From NCBI RefSeq assembly GCF_006345805.1, contig NC_043005.1, forward strand, positions 50,158,001 to 50,222,000: DNA of 64,000 bases, read 5' to 3'. Of this stretch, positions 39,041 through 52,690 are shown piece after piece (position 1 is the first letter of the stretch; each line of letters begins with the position of its first letter). Both the position numbers and the translations under genes were made by a program. This DNA comes from Octopus sinensis (taxonomy: Eukaryota). The notes beneath the pieces were generated by a model that saw nothing but the letters and a program-made list of their open reading frames with translations, was not told the origin of the DNA and ran no database searches.

Positions 39041-39370
39041 AAGGGTAAAGACCCCTTCGGTCATGAATGACCATGGGATTGACCTAGAAAGTTACCCTCC
39101 TAGACACAAGTCCGGGCAAGGTTGTTTATGGAAGACCAGCAGTCGCCCAGCATACCAGCCTCCCCTCTCCACGCCCACAGTGTTATCCAAGGGAAAGACA
39201 AAGGTCGATACAGCTTGGCACCAGTGACGTCGCAACTCATTTCTACAGCTGAGTGAACTGGAGCAACGTGAAATAAAGTGCCTTGCTCAAGAACACAACA
39301 CGCAGCCCGGTCCGGGATTCGAGCTCACAACCTCACGATCGTAAGCTCGACGCTCTAACCACTGAGCCAT
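39041..39370 (-). mobile_element. SINE family C, young full-length copy inserted in (TA)n
   Basis: Head 'tggctcagtggttagagcgtcgagcttacgatcgtgaggttgtgagctcgaatccc'; CpGs retained. Confidence 0.9.
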
Positions 39371-40279
39371 ATATATATATATAATATAAATAATCCTTTC
39401 TACTAGAGGCACAAAGCCTAAAATTTGTGTGAGGGGGATAATCGATTATATACACCTCTGTAAGAATATAGCATTTCAATGGAATATTTCAGAGCCAAAA
39501 AAATAGAGAACCTAGACTGTCGTTGTTATGTATCCTTATGTTTGAATTTTTATATATTTCAATTTTTAATTAAAAATTGAAATATATGAAAATTGAAACA
39601 TATAAAAATGTTTGAGTTCTCATGAATATTAACCATATCCAAACATATCTTATAACTTGCTTATCCCTTTGCCAGCTCTAAACAATCAGGTCTATGATTA
39701 TGGATGTTGTCTAAGACTTCCATTTTTATCTGTTTTTCAGCATAATGTAATTCTACTTTCTTTAGTGTGTGCTTCCTGGTAGAGTAAAATCTGAGGAAGA
39801 TTTGGCTGCTATCTCTATCAAGTTGAACAATTAACTACATAGAGGCTACTTGATAAAGCTTAAATTATTTTTTGTATATATAAAGAACTGGTAATAAAGA
39901 TATGGTTTTAAGCTAAGGAAAATATGTCTTTTCTGAACAATAATATTCAAAATTTTCATAAGAAAGGACTTTTAAATTTGATAATATTTTATAGTCAGTC
40001 AATAAAAAAAAAAAAATGTTAAAGAATGTGAATGTTAAAATTCAATTTTCAAAAAATATTTCAGAATATGATTTAAATTTCATTAAAAGAAAAATAAACA
40101 TAGAAAATGGAGTTTAATCATTTTTCTTAGAGGATGGAAATTTTATTCATAGAAAATAAATGTGAGTTGGGGTAATTTTAAAAAAAATTGAAATTGAAAT
40201 ATTTAATGTGAATACATTAACAGTTAATGGAAATTATTATAATACAAAATTATTGTTATTGTATTTTCTGTCATACAAG

Positions 40280-40315
40280 CTGAGTTTTTCAGACAAACAT
40301 TTAGAGCCAAAAATG
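40280..40315 (+). CDS. Candidate short exon, product unknown
   Basis: Perfect donor 'atg|gtaagt'. Acceptor either 'tattttctgtcatacaag|' (36 nt; phase-1 reading xEFFRQTFRAKN) or 'tttttcag|' at 40293. Confidence 0.25.
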
Positions 40316-40404
40316 GTAAGTCAGTTTATATACCAAAGCAGTATTAGAAGATATCCTACATTAACTTATATGTCAGAAAATGTAGTAAGTTTAATTGATA
40401 TTCT

Positions 40405-41215
40405 TTTCTGCTCTAAGCACAAGGCCCTAAATTTTTAGGGAAGAGGCCAGTTGATTAGATCGACCCCAGTACGCAACCCCAAAAGGATGAAAGGCAAAGT
40501 CAGGCTTGGCAGAATTTGAACTCAGAACACAAAGACAGATGAAGTACCTATTTCTTTACTACCCACAAGGAGCTAAACACAGAGGGGACAATCACGGACA
40601 GACAAACGGATTAAGTCGATTATATTGACTCCAGTGCGTAACTGGTACTTATTTAATTGACCCTGAAAGGATGAAAGGCAAAGTTGACCTTGGCGGAATT
40701 TGAACTCAGAATGTAGCGGCAGACAAAAAACCACTAGGCATTTCGTCTGGCATGCTAACGTTTCTGCCAGCTCACTGATCTACCAAATTTTACTCACAAG
40801 GAATGGTATGTGAGGTCAATGTTATACAGTATCCTCTAAAGATGGCTATTTTCTTAATGATAATTCTATTTCTGTAGTGTTATGATATAATACAGTTGTA
40901 ATTAATTCTATAATCTAATAACACATATTCAGTAACAAAGACTAAGTCAGATTGAAGACCTATATATATAGAAGGCCTAAAAGGCGGTGAGCTGGCAGAA
41001 ACGTTAGGATACCGGACGAAATGCATAGCCCTATTTCATCTGCCATTACGTTCTAAGTTCAAATTCCGTCGAGGTTGACTTTGCCTTTCATCCTTTTGGG
41101 GTCGATAAATGAAGTACCAGATACACACTGGAGTCGATGTAATTGACTTAATCTATTTGTCTGTCTTTGTTTGTCCCCTCTATGTTTAGCCCCTTGTGGG
41201 CAATAAGGAATTAAG
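40405..41215. mobile_element. SINE family B cluster (minus copies 40405-40775, plus copy 40980-41215)
   Basis: Same domains as 27516-27747. Confidence 0.8.
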
Positions 41216-41811
41216 AAGGCCTAACATTAGCATGAGGTGTATATTTTTGAGTAATAGTTGCACCAGGCTGTCCTAACAACATTATAGGTCACCTGGACAA
41301 TGCAATGTACTGGACTTCTTAATTTTGTGTCAGAATCCTTTGATAAGCTATGTTCCTGATGATAGGCAAATAAAGCTATTACTGAAAACAATTTATTTAT
41401 TTTCCACATTAAAACTTAGAAGTGTATTCCTGAGAAACTTGTTTACGAATATTCTCTTGCTGATGACAGACTGCAGGAAGTTCAAAACCTTGTTAATACA
41501 TACATACATACATACATACATACATACATACATACATACATACATACATACATACATACATACAATATACATACATACATACATATACATAAGAACAGAC
41601 ACACACATGTATAAATATGTATATGTATGTATATATATATATATATATATATATGCACATACACTCACATATGCAAACACCAAATGATTTATAAACATCT
41701 AATTATTAGAGTGGAAAAATTGTTAGAAAAACCATTCCTATTCATTTTTTCAAATATATATAAATAAATAATAAATAAATAAATAAATAAATAATATATA
41801 TATATATATAT

Positions 41812-41845
<34 letters not shown>

Positions 41846-41952
41846 ATATATATAGATAGATAGATATAGATATAGATATATATATATATGTATGTATATA
41901 TATATGTATGTATATATATACATATAGATATATATATATACTGTATTAATGT

Positions 41953-41985
<33 letters not shown>

Positions 41986-42339
41986 CATACATATACCTGT
42001 TCATATATTCATATATAAACATATATATATGTAAACATATACATAAACATATACACCAATACATTTATTTACACATGCACAAACACACACACACACACAC
42101 GCATGCACACACAACCTGCAAGATCCAAATACATATGCTGCATACATATATTTATAACTCAACCCCACTTATATGATTCCCCACCAAATATACAAATATG
42201 AAAAACAAACAGAAAAAAAAAGATAACCAAAAAGTAAGAAAAACCATTAAAAGCAAAACGAAATGGAGAAACGAAATGCTTCGACCTCCCACTCTACTCC
42301 ACCCCCCAGCAAAAAAAGTGCTAACCTTCTAATGGAATC

Positions 42340-42381
42340 AGTCATGTGACTCTGGATCATTTGCCTAAGTGCTCACGTGAC
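42340..42381. promoter_or_regulatory. Paired bHLH-ZIP E-boxes (MITF/TFE/USF-type)
   Basis: agtcatgtgact at 42340-42351 and tcacgtgac at 42373-42381, in unique sequence. Confidence 0.3.
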
Positions 42382-42458
42382 TAGCTCCTCATTCACACAT
42401 ATCATTGTTTTTATGGTTCTCCTGAAGTATGGCTAACTAATGCAGCTAGCATATATAT

Positions 42459-42518
<60 letters not shown>

Positions 42519-42555
42519 GTGTATAATATATATATATGTATAAGTATGTATATAT

Positions 42556-42606
<51 letters not shown>

Positions 42607-43207
42607 GTATATATATATTGTATGTATATATATATGTATATATATATGTATGTATATATATATGTATGTAATATATATATATATATATGAGTGTGTGTCT
42701 TGCTGAGTTAACCAACAGAATACCAATTTCAATGAGATACCATAATGCGTTCTTGTGCTCAATAGAAAAGAAGGGTTGTGGTGGTCGTAGAGGGGAAACA
42801 ACAATAAAATTGAAAAAAAAAACTTGGAAATTTTCTTTTATGCCTGCTACCCAGCTTCTACAGAACTTCCAGTTTTATTTTATTTCTGAATTTATTCGGT
42901 GAATTGCTATTCCTATTTCTATTTGGCTTCTTGGATTTTATTCCGCATTGTTCCAAGGTCTTTGTTTTTACTTTTTTGTATTTTTGTGTGTATGTGTTTT
43001 TATTTCCTTATTTCAATTTTGTTTTTGGTTCAAAAAATTCTTTTTTGTTGTTGTTATTCTTCTTGTTGCTGCAACTTTCTTGATCTTATTGTTGTTATGG
43101 TTTGAGTTTCTTTTATTGCTTATATTCCATTATTTACTTTCTCTTTTTCTATATATGCATATATATGTATGTCTAAATGTTGCTTATATATACACACCTC
43201 TCTCTCT

Positions 43208-43242
<35 letters not shown>

Positions 43243-43266
43243 TATATATATGTATATAGATAGATC

Positions 43267-43307
<41 letters not shown>

Positions 43308-43339
43308 ATAGATACACACACACACATGCACATATATAT

Positions 43340-43945
43340 GAAGGTATGTGGCTCAGTGGTTAGGGTATTCTGTTCATGATCATAAGTCATGAGTTCAATT
43401 CCCAGCAATGCATTGTATCCTTGAGCAAGACACTTTATTTCACATTGCTCCAGTCCTCTCAGCTGGTAAAAATGAGTAGTACCTGTATTTCAAAGGGCCA
43501 GCTTTGTCACATTCTGTGTCATGCTGAATCTCCCTCAGAACTACATTAAGGGCACCCATGTTTGTAGAGTGCTCAGCCACTTGCACATTAATTTCATGAG
43601 CAAGCTGTTTCATTGATTGGATCAACAGGAACCCACATAGTTGTTACTGACAATATATGTTGCATACATATATTTACAATGACAAATGATTGAGACCTTT
43701 GGCATGAGGCCACGCTTGTGAAGAAAATCCATCAAGCCGAATGAAATCATAGTCATGTTAGATACAGGTGTCATGCAACTGGCAATCATTATAATCTCAA
43801 AGTGGCTGGTGTTAGAGAGGGCATCCAACCATAGAAATCATGCCAAATCAGACAGCAGTCTGGAGTAGTCTGGAGTAGTCCTGGTCAAACCATCCAACCC
43901 ATGCCAACATGGACAATGGACGTCAAATGTTGTTGATGATGATGA
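43340..43945 (+). mobile_element. Family C SINE (43340-43640) followed by an RTE 3' fragment (43680-43945)
   Basis: tRNA head with 'ccttgagcaagacactttatttc'; RTE tail ending (GAT)n. Confidence 0.7.
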
Positions 43946-43953
43946 TATGTATA

Positions 43954-43985
<32 letters not shown>

Positions 43986-44003
43986 CATATATATATATAT
44001 ATT

Positions 44004-44034
<31 letters not shown>

Positions 44035-44039
44035 ATATA

Positions 44040-44882
44040 TACAGGGTGTGGTGAATAAACTGTCGTTTAAATTACGCAAAAATGAAAATAAACCTGGCAT
44101 CTCATTTTAACAGATATATTTACCAAAATTACATAAAAATATCTTGAAATAATAAACAGTAAATTTATTCAATAAAATCGCCATTGGTTTTAACCATGGC
44201 CTCTAGACGACTTCGGAATCTCCTGCAACTCTTCTGGATGGTCTCCTTGTTTATGTTGGTGAATGCTGCCATAATCCTTGCCGTCAGTTCATCTTTGGTG
44301 TTACAAGGTATTTTGCTGGTCTCTCATTCAGTTGTGCCCCACACATAATAACCAAGAGGGTTGCAGTCTCGGGATTTAGTTGGCCAGATGTTAGGGGTGA
44401 TGTGGTCACAGAAATTGTCTGACAGCTGTAGCCACCTTCTTGACCCAGTAGCCACCTTCTTGACCCAGAGCAGCACTACCTCCTCCAGGCGCTTCAAGTA
44501 GAGTGTATTCAGTGTGAGGCTGTGTGGGAAGACAAATGGAGGCATAACGTCACCATAACTAGTGATAACTCAAAACACTATGATGTTGACTGGATGTTTG
44601 ATTTTTATCACTCTCAGTACATGTCCTCAGATTTCACTGTCCTCAGATTGACACCCAAACACTCTGAAATGTTCATATTGGAGCTTCCAACATGAATGCC
44701 AAGCAGTACAGCATGTCGTTTCCAAATTTCTGGCTGAGTGAATTGTGTCATGGTGCTGTTTCTCTCACAGATGGTGCTCAATTGACCCTACTATACTCTG
44801 TAGTGGATAAAATAAAAAACAAGCAATGCACATGTGCGAAATTACGAATATAAAACGGGGATAATTTACTCATTGCAGCCTA
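44040..44882 (-). mobile_element. Decayed DD37D (maT) element
   Basis: TIR 'tacagggtgtggtgaataaactgtcg'; translation MPPFVFPH...LEEVVL...PNIWP...DCNPLGYYVWG. Confidence 0.85.
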
Positions 44883-45509
44883 TGTGTGTGTGTGTATATA
44901 TATATATATATAAAAAATACATATATATATATATATGTGAAGGTATGCAATTTTAATTGCTCCACTCTATTCAGTTGTAAATGAGAAACCCTGTGGTAGA
45001 CTAGCTTTGTGATTAGCGTGAGTGTTGACCTGTCCACCAGCCCAGTGGGGTCTATCATCACTTGAAATCTAAAACAATGTGACAAACCACATTAGAACTA
45101 GTGATGTGTAACGACATCTGATAGTCTCATCAATACACCAATATGTGTGTGTGTTAATGTGAGTGCATGGGAATATATGTGTGTGTTTGTGTGTGTGTAT
45201 GCAAGTATCTAAATATGCAAGCATGCATATCTACATATAAGTATATATACATGTGTGTGTATGTATATATATATATATATATATATGTATATGTATATAT
45301 ACACACATATATATAGATGTAGACACACACACACACATATATATACATGCATACACATACATATATATATACACACATACATACATATATATTTTATTTG
45401 TGTTGTTTGTCTTGTTTTCCATTTGTGTCTTTCGTTGTTCGAAAAAATAGTTCATATTCCATGTACTCATACATCATATTTTTTTGCTGTACACATTTCA
45501 TGACATCCT

Positions 45510-45810
45510 GTGCCCACATATGCTTGGTACTTATTCTATTGCTCTCTTTTGCTGAACTGCCATGTTATAGAGTCTGTAAGCTCACCAACACCAGTTGTCA
45601 AGTGGTAGCGCAAACAGAAAGACACAAGCACAAATACACACACATACACATATTCATGATGAACTTCTCTCAGTTTCCGTCTACCAAATCCACTCATAAA
45701 GCTTTGGTCAGCCCAAGGCGATAGTAGAAGACACTTGCTCAAGGTGCCATGCAGTGGGAATGAAATCAGAACCATATGGACGGGAAGTAAACTTCATACC
45801 GCAAGGCCAT
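45510..45810 (-). mobile_element. SINE family A
   Basis: Homologous to 15163-15572. Confidence 0.7.
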
Positions 45811-46719
45811 TCCTATATACTTTTACATGCATTAAATGTATATATGTCAACTTAATAACAATATATATGTACTATCGTCAGTCTATAAACCGCATCTATG
45901 GTCATGTACGTTGGGTAATGACCAAAAGCTACAACCACAAATACAAGTGGCTGAAATGGGGTACCTCTGAAGGATCTGTTGTGTAACACAGGGATCAGAG
46001 AGTCTGTCTAGGTCCAGTCACTACTTCTCTGCATTGAGTTTAGACGTCACAGCTTTGGTACAGCTGACATGAAATGAGAATGATACAGAAAAGTGTCACA
46101 AGCTGAGCCAACCAGCTGAAGGTCTAGGGGCAAACCAAGTGTGGGCTTCCTGAGTAATATATATCTATAAACTCAGTTGGGCCATACTTGTGAATCCAGC
46201 AGGAAAATATGACATTTGTTCCTGATAGGACCCTACAGAGGAAGGTGGGGCTTGAGCACTCTACCCCCATGGCTCTTTCCAAATTCTGCTACATTTCACA
46301 TAGAATATTTGGTCTTCCACAGTCATCTTGGTGTATAAGTTGACTAACCTTTTCTTGGCTGTAAATTTTGGTCTGAAATAGTTTGAAATGTATGCCAGAA
46401 AATACAGTGACTCCCAAACCTCACTACTCAGGGTTGAGTACGTATCAACTCTTACTCAGAGTCGAGTGGCTGTAAGCCTGGCTGACTACTCAATTTTAAG
46501 TACCAAAAGAGAGCAACAATCCCATGATATCTTTTATCTTTTACTTGTTTCACTCATTGGACAACAACCATGCTGGATCACCACATTGGAGATTTTAGTC
46601 AAGCAAATCATCCCCAGTATTTAAAGCTAATTTTGCCTGGACTTATTCTACCAGTCTCTTTTTGTCAAACTGCTAAGTTATAGGGACATAAACAAACCAA
46701 CAGCTGTTGCCAAGTGGTG

Positions 46720-47020
46720 CAGTGATAAAGTGGCACATAAAAAGCACCTTCTGAATGAAGAAGACCCATCAAGCCAAGTGAAATCATAGTCATGCCAGAT
46801 ATCAGTGTCATACAAACTGGCACCCATGCCAGTGGAACGTAAAAGCACCCATTACACTCTCAGAGTGGTTGGCATTAGGAAGGGCGTCCAAACATAGAAA
46901 CCATGTCAAATTAAACTAGAGTCTGGTGCAGCCCTTCAGCCGACCAGCCCTGGTCAAACCGTTCAACCCATGCCAGAATGGACGACGGACATTAAAAGAT
47001 GATGATGATGATGATGATAT
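46720..47020 (+). mobile_element. RTE-type 3' fragment
   Basis: Begins at the ORF-end motif 'gaagacccatcaagccaagtga' and ends (GAT)n. Confidence 0.7.
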
Positions 47021-47034
47021 ATATATATATATAT

Positions 47035-47409
47035 GATGGGCTTCTTTCAGTTTCTATCTATCAAATCCAATCATAATACTTTGGTTGGCCCAGTGCTATA
47101 GTACAAGACACTTGCCATGCAGTAGGACTGAACTCAGAACTAGATGGCCAGGAAGCAAACTTCTTGTCACACAGCTATGCTTGCACCTACTTAGGTAAAG
47201 TTCTAACATGCGTCTTTTATTCTGAAGAAATAAGCACAGACATGGCTATGTGGTAAGTAGTTTGCTTTCCAACCACATGGTTCCAGGTTCAATCACATTG
47301 CATGGCACCTTGGGCAAGTGTCTTCTGCTATAGCCTCAGGCTAACCAAAACCTTCTGATTGGTTTTGGCTGACAGAAACTGAAAGGAGCACACACATGTG
47401 TGTGTTTGT

Positions 47410-47485
<76 letters not shown>

Positions 47486-47710
47486 CTTTATGTCTGTGTT
47501 TGTCCCTGCCTACTGCCTAACTATCGGTGTTGGTGTGTTTATGTCTTTGTAACTTAGCAGTTTGGCAAAAGGTACTGATAAAATATGTAACAGTCTTAAA
47601 AAGAAAAAAAAAAAGTACTGGGATCGATTCATTTGACTAAAAGTTCCTCAAGATGGTACTCCAGCATGGTCGCAGTCTAATGACTGAAACAAGCAGAATG
47701 AGATAAAAGA
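47035..47710. mobile_element. Head-to-head SINE A pair (47035-47190 on -, 47245-47710 on +)
   Basis: Homologous to 15163-15572. Confidence 0.75.
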
Positions 47711-48551
47711 TAAATATTCTGACATTAGGTGCATCACTCACTAAAGCTCCAACCACCTTCCGCTCCCAGTGCTCTGCTTCTCCACTTCTTAATGGTTTAT
47801 TTTACTTTCTTTTTCTTCTTTGGTCTCTTCTTCCATGATTTTAAATACGGAAACATTTTTCACGCATTTTAAAGTAATCAGTGAACAAAGTTTAACCATT
47901 TTTATTCAATTATATATTCCTTGTAATATTTACTGCAGAAATTAAAGAATAAATGCAATCAACAATTTTTGTGGATTTTTTTTTTTTTTTTGCTTTTTGT
48001 TATATGGTTCATTGTTATTGTTTTTGAATAAAATATAAAAAGTAAATAAATAAATAGATAAATAAATAAATTGTGATTTTAAACAAAAAATTTTTTAAAA
48101 ATACATATATCTTTAGGAAAAGCTAAACAAATTTCCTTCATAGAATTTTTCTCATCAGTATTTCTTTTGGCAAAAATAAAGTGATTTTGAAAATAAAAAC
48201 AAACAAATAAATGAGAAAAAATATATATATATATATAAAAAGAAATAAAAATGAATATTTGGTTTTTTTTTTTTCCCAAGAAAATTTTAATTCTTTGGCA
48301 GAAAAAGTCTTTCTTTCGAGGGAGAGAAGGGTGAGTGTTGAGAAATGCGTTTATTGATGTAAGGAGTGGAAATGAGAAAGCGAGAGAGAGAGAAAAAGAG
48401 AGAAAGAGAGACAGAAAGAGAGATAAAGGAGTGGGTAAAGAGAGAGAGAGAGGGAAAGAGGGAAAGAGTTGGAAATAGAGTAAGTTAAAGTGAGAGAATA
48501 CAGAGAGATATGTGAGAGAGATAGATAGATAGATAGATAGATAAATAGATG

Positions 48552-48607
<56 letters not shown>

Positions 48608-49869
48608 AATAGATGGACAGATAGACAGAGAGAGAGAGAGAGAGAGAGAGAAAGAAAGAGAGGGAGAAAGTTGCAAGAAAAAAATTAAAGATGATTGGAA
48701 AATATATAATTAAAAATAGATAAATGAAAAAATTAACATTTTAATCATATCCTAGATTAGTTTTTGTTCTGTTTTCCTAAAACAGAAATGCTATATCGCA
48801 AATGGAGGATTATATGCAGTCTGTGTATTTGAATATAACATCGATGTGTAGTTAATCATGATATACAGGATTATAAGTGTTACAGTATTTATATATGCTA
48901 TATAAAGATGCATGCTGCATATGTCATTATAGGATATCAAAAATATTAGATAAAAATAGAACATTTAAAATATTGCTTATTATAAAAACATTGTTATACA
49001 GGTTGGCACAGAAGTAAGCAAACCCTAATTATTGTTAAAAGGTTACAAATAAATTACACAAAATTACAGCAAACGTTCAAACTGTAAGCCATTATTTGCA
49101 ATACAGAATGGAACTTAACTGAGGAGACAACAAACTCACACACATGCAATATGTATACACATCATCATCATTGTCATCATAATCGTCATCGTCATCACAT
49201 CATCATCGTCATTGCCATCCTCCTCCTCATCATCATCATCATTATCATCATCATCACCACCATCGCCATCATCATAATCATCATCATCGTCATTGCCATT
49301 GCCATCGCTGTCATCATAAGCATCATCATCATCACCATCATTATTGTCGTCGTCGTCGTCATCGTCATCGTCATCATCATCATCATCATCATCATCATCA
49401 GTGGTCGAATCAGTTACTTTTTTGCACAACTTTGGTGTAATATCTTGTCATATATTTATGATGCTCTGTTTCAGATTGCTGAAAGCTTTTGGTTTAGTGC
49501 TGAACATCTGATTTTTTAGTAAAACCCGTTGAAAGAAGTCCAGAGGACCGAGGTCTAGGGGCCTTGCTGACCATTTCATGGGTTCAGTACCACCTTATGA
49601 TACCATGGGTATATGCCTTTTATTCTGTGTTTCTCTAACCACAAATCGGTTTCAAATTTTGGCACAAGGCTAACAATTTCAGATGAAGGGTAAGTTAATT
49701 ACATGAACCCAAAGACTTTACTGGTACTTATTTTATCAATTCCAAAAGTCAAATCTGGTAGCATTTGAACTTAGAACAAAGTTGGGAAAAATTCCACTAA
49801 GCATTTTGTTTGGCACAAAAATGATTCAAACAGCTCACCACCTTTTCCTCTAACCTCATATTGATCACT

Positions 49870-49970
49870 GAAGACAGATGGTGTAGACAACAAACAGATG
49901 TATTAGTTTAATGCTCGGGAAGTGAAAAAGTCTTTAATGTTTCGAGCCTATGCTCTTCCACAGAAAGGAA
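49870..49970 (-). mobile_element. Penelope-like terminal repeat with minimal HHR (CUGU family), best copy
   Basis: 49967 to 49932 on the minus strand: cttt-CUGUGGA-a-gagc-atag-gctc-GAAA-cat-t-aaag. Confidence 0.65.
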
Positions 49971-50019
49971 CACAGAAAGAAACAAAGAAAGAAAATAAAG
50001 AATGTGTAGTGGCTAGCAT

Positions 50020-50370
50020 GTGGCCACGCTGGTGCACCACCTTTAGTTGAACAAACTGACTCTAGAACTTATTCTTTGTAAGCCCAGTACTTATTCTATC
50101 CGTCTCTTTTGCCAAACCACTAGGTTACAGGGAAATAAACACACCAACATCAGTTGTCAAGCAATGATGGGAGTACAAATACAGACACACAAGCATATAC
50201 ATGTATATATACAACAAGTTTCTTTCAGTTTCCGTCTACCAAATCCACTCACAAGGCTTTGGTTGGCCTGAGGCTATGGTAGTAGACACTTGTCCAAGGT
50301 GCCAAGCAGTGGTTACTGAACCCAGAACTATGTGGTTGGTAAGCAAGCTACTTACCACACAGCCACTCTT
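50020..50370 (-). mobile_element. SINE family A
   Basis: Homologous to 15163-15572. Confidence 0.8.
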
Positions 50371-50408
50371 GTACCTATATATACATATAAATATATATAT
50401 ATATATAG

Positions 50409-50474
<66 letters not shown>

Positions 50475-50817
50475 CATCCTCATCATCATTGTCATCACTA
50501 TTTAAGAATTCACTTTTCCATGCTTGCATGGGTTACATGGAATTTTTTGAAGCACATTTTTTTTTACCTATGATTTGATGCCTTTCCTGTCACTAACCTA
50601 CACCTGTTTCCAAGCAAGGTAATTATTCCCCTTGGCCAATCACGATTTCAGCCAAAGTCAGGAACTGGGAAATGCTGCTTGTATGACAGTAATGCTCACA
50701 GCTATCACATGATGCCAAAAACGAGGAGATAACAAACTCACACACATGTAGTATACATACACATCATCATCATTGTCATCATGATCGTCATCATCATCAC
50801 ATCATCATCGGCATTGC

Positions 50818-50850
<33 letters not shown>

Positions 50851-51813
50851 TGTTGTCATTGTCATTGTATTCACCATCATCATCATCATCATTATCATCT
50901 TCTAACGTCCATGCTTCTATGCCGGCATGTGTCGGAAGGTTTGGCAGAATATGTACGGAATACACGCAAACATTACATTTTTTCACACCCTAATTCCACT
51001 CCCACTTCCAATCTCATGATACAATTATTATCTGTTAGTATATTCAGATATTATGAGCCATGCTATTTCGTCAAAGAATGGAACTTTGCCAGATCGTAGA
51101 TTAAATTTTAGTAACTTTGTAGCCAGTCCACTTTCAATAAGTAGCACTTGTCAAGGAAAGCACCATCTTAGAACCATCTCTGTATTGGTACTTCAAAAGA
51201 TATCACATTTCTTTCAATTACACTGAAGTTTGATATCTAAGTGCTTATAACACTCAAATGACAACTAGCTACAAGGACCAGTTTGTTTGTATGAATGTAT
51301 GTATGTATGTATGTATGTATGTATGCATGTATGTATGTGTGTATGTATGTATGTATGTACATATGTACGTGTTTGAGTATATATATATTTGTTTGCGTGT
51401 GTGTATCAAGATATATATTTATATCTCTGCATATATAGATAAAACTCACACAGACAGGTGTGTGTGTGTATGTGTGTGTGGGAGAGAGAGAGAGAGAGAG
51501 AGAGAGTGAGAGAGAGAAAGAAATAGCAGTGGAAAGAATGGAGGTTTGCTGCTGCTCTTTAAGAAATACTTGTGTCTAAGAGATTGTACTTAGACATGTT
51601 GTGACTCTAACCATATACATATACTATATATATATGCACGTGTGTGTATGTATGTGTGTATGTATGTATGTATGTATGTATGTATGTATGTATGTATGTA
51701 TGTACATATGTACGTGTTGAGTATATATATATATATAATATATATATATGTAACACAAGGCATAAATAATGGTCATTGCATATTTTTTTGTTGTAATAAA
51801 AAATTTGACTTAC

Positions 51814-51871
51814 AGCTGTTTCCAGTAACCACTAGAGGTTCATTATTGATTGGTTTACTCAATTGGCCCAT
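51814..51871 (-). CDS. Candidate first coding exon (ATG to perfect donor)
   Basis: MGQLSKPINNEPLVVTGNS+1 nt, then '|gtaagt'. An in-frame TGA lies two codons upstream of the ATG. Confidence 0.25.
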
Positions 51872-51998
51872 TGATCAGTTGAGAAAAATTGAATGACTTT
51901 TGTGCGTGTGTGTGTGTGTGTGTTTGTGTGTGTTTATGTTTTGTTCCATGAATGACTATTGACTACAATTTTATAAGTATTTTCTTACATCTTCACAG

Positions 51999-52067
51999 AC
52001 ACAGTCAACCAATCCCAGCCCTACACGTACATACACATACACAGATACACAGACCAATCTGCCCCAG
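51999..52067 (+). CDS. Candidate 69-nt symmetric exon
   Basis: Strong acceptor 'tattttcttacatcttcacag|' and donor 'cag|gttagg'; phase-1 reading xTVNQSQPYTYIHIHRYTDQSAP. Confidence 0.25.
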
Positions 52068-52239
52068 GTTAGGCAGCTTGTGTTCACTGCAAGCCAATAC
52101 ATCACTTGTCCATTCCCACTCAACACTTGCAGGGGTGCCCTACACCACCCTGTTGTACCTACTTAGAGCTGACATAACTAGGAAGTGATCAACTGACAAC
52201 ATAGAAATAGCAGCTAAATGACCTGGTTCTCTGTTGGTT

Positions 52240-52690
52240 TTACAATGATGAGTCTTCCAGATGGAAAAGCCTGCTGGTGAAATTAACATGCTAGTGGCCG
52301 AGTACTCCACAGACAAATGTACCCTTTACATAGTTCTCACGGAGATTTAGGGTGAAACAAAATGTGACAAAGCCAGCCCTTTGAATTACAGGTAAAAGTC
52401 ATATTTGCCAGCTGAATTGAGTAACAAGAAATAAAGTGTCTTGCTTAAGAAGACAATGCATGCCAGCCTCCCCTCTCCATGCCACTATTATTATCCAAGG
52501 GAAAGGCAACAGCTGATACAGCTTGGCACCTGTGACATCACAGCTTATTTCTACAGCTGAGTGAACTGGAGCAACGTGAAATATAGTGTCTTTCTCAAGA
52601 ACACAACATGCAGCCTGGTCTAGGATTTGAACTCACAACCTCCTGATCGTAAGCTCGATGCTCTAACCACTGAGCCATGCACTTTCACAA
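52240..52690 (-). mobile_element. Family C SINE copies
   Basis: Homologous to 39041-39370 and 43340-43640. Confidence 0.7.

Noticed and set aside
48786-48845. 60-nt exon candidate after a good acceptor
   Set aside because: The donor (gtgtag) is weak, two frames are open, and its phase is incompatible with the other plus-strand candidates.
51048-51225. 57-aa ORF MSHAISSKNGTLPDRR...
   Set aside because: No convincing donor and no recognisable homology.
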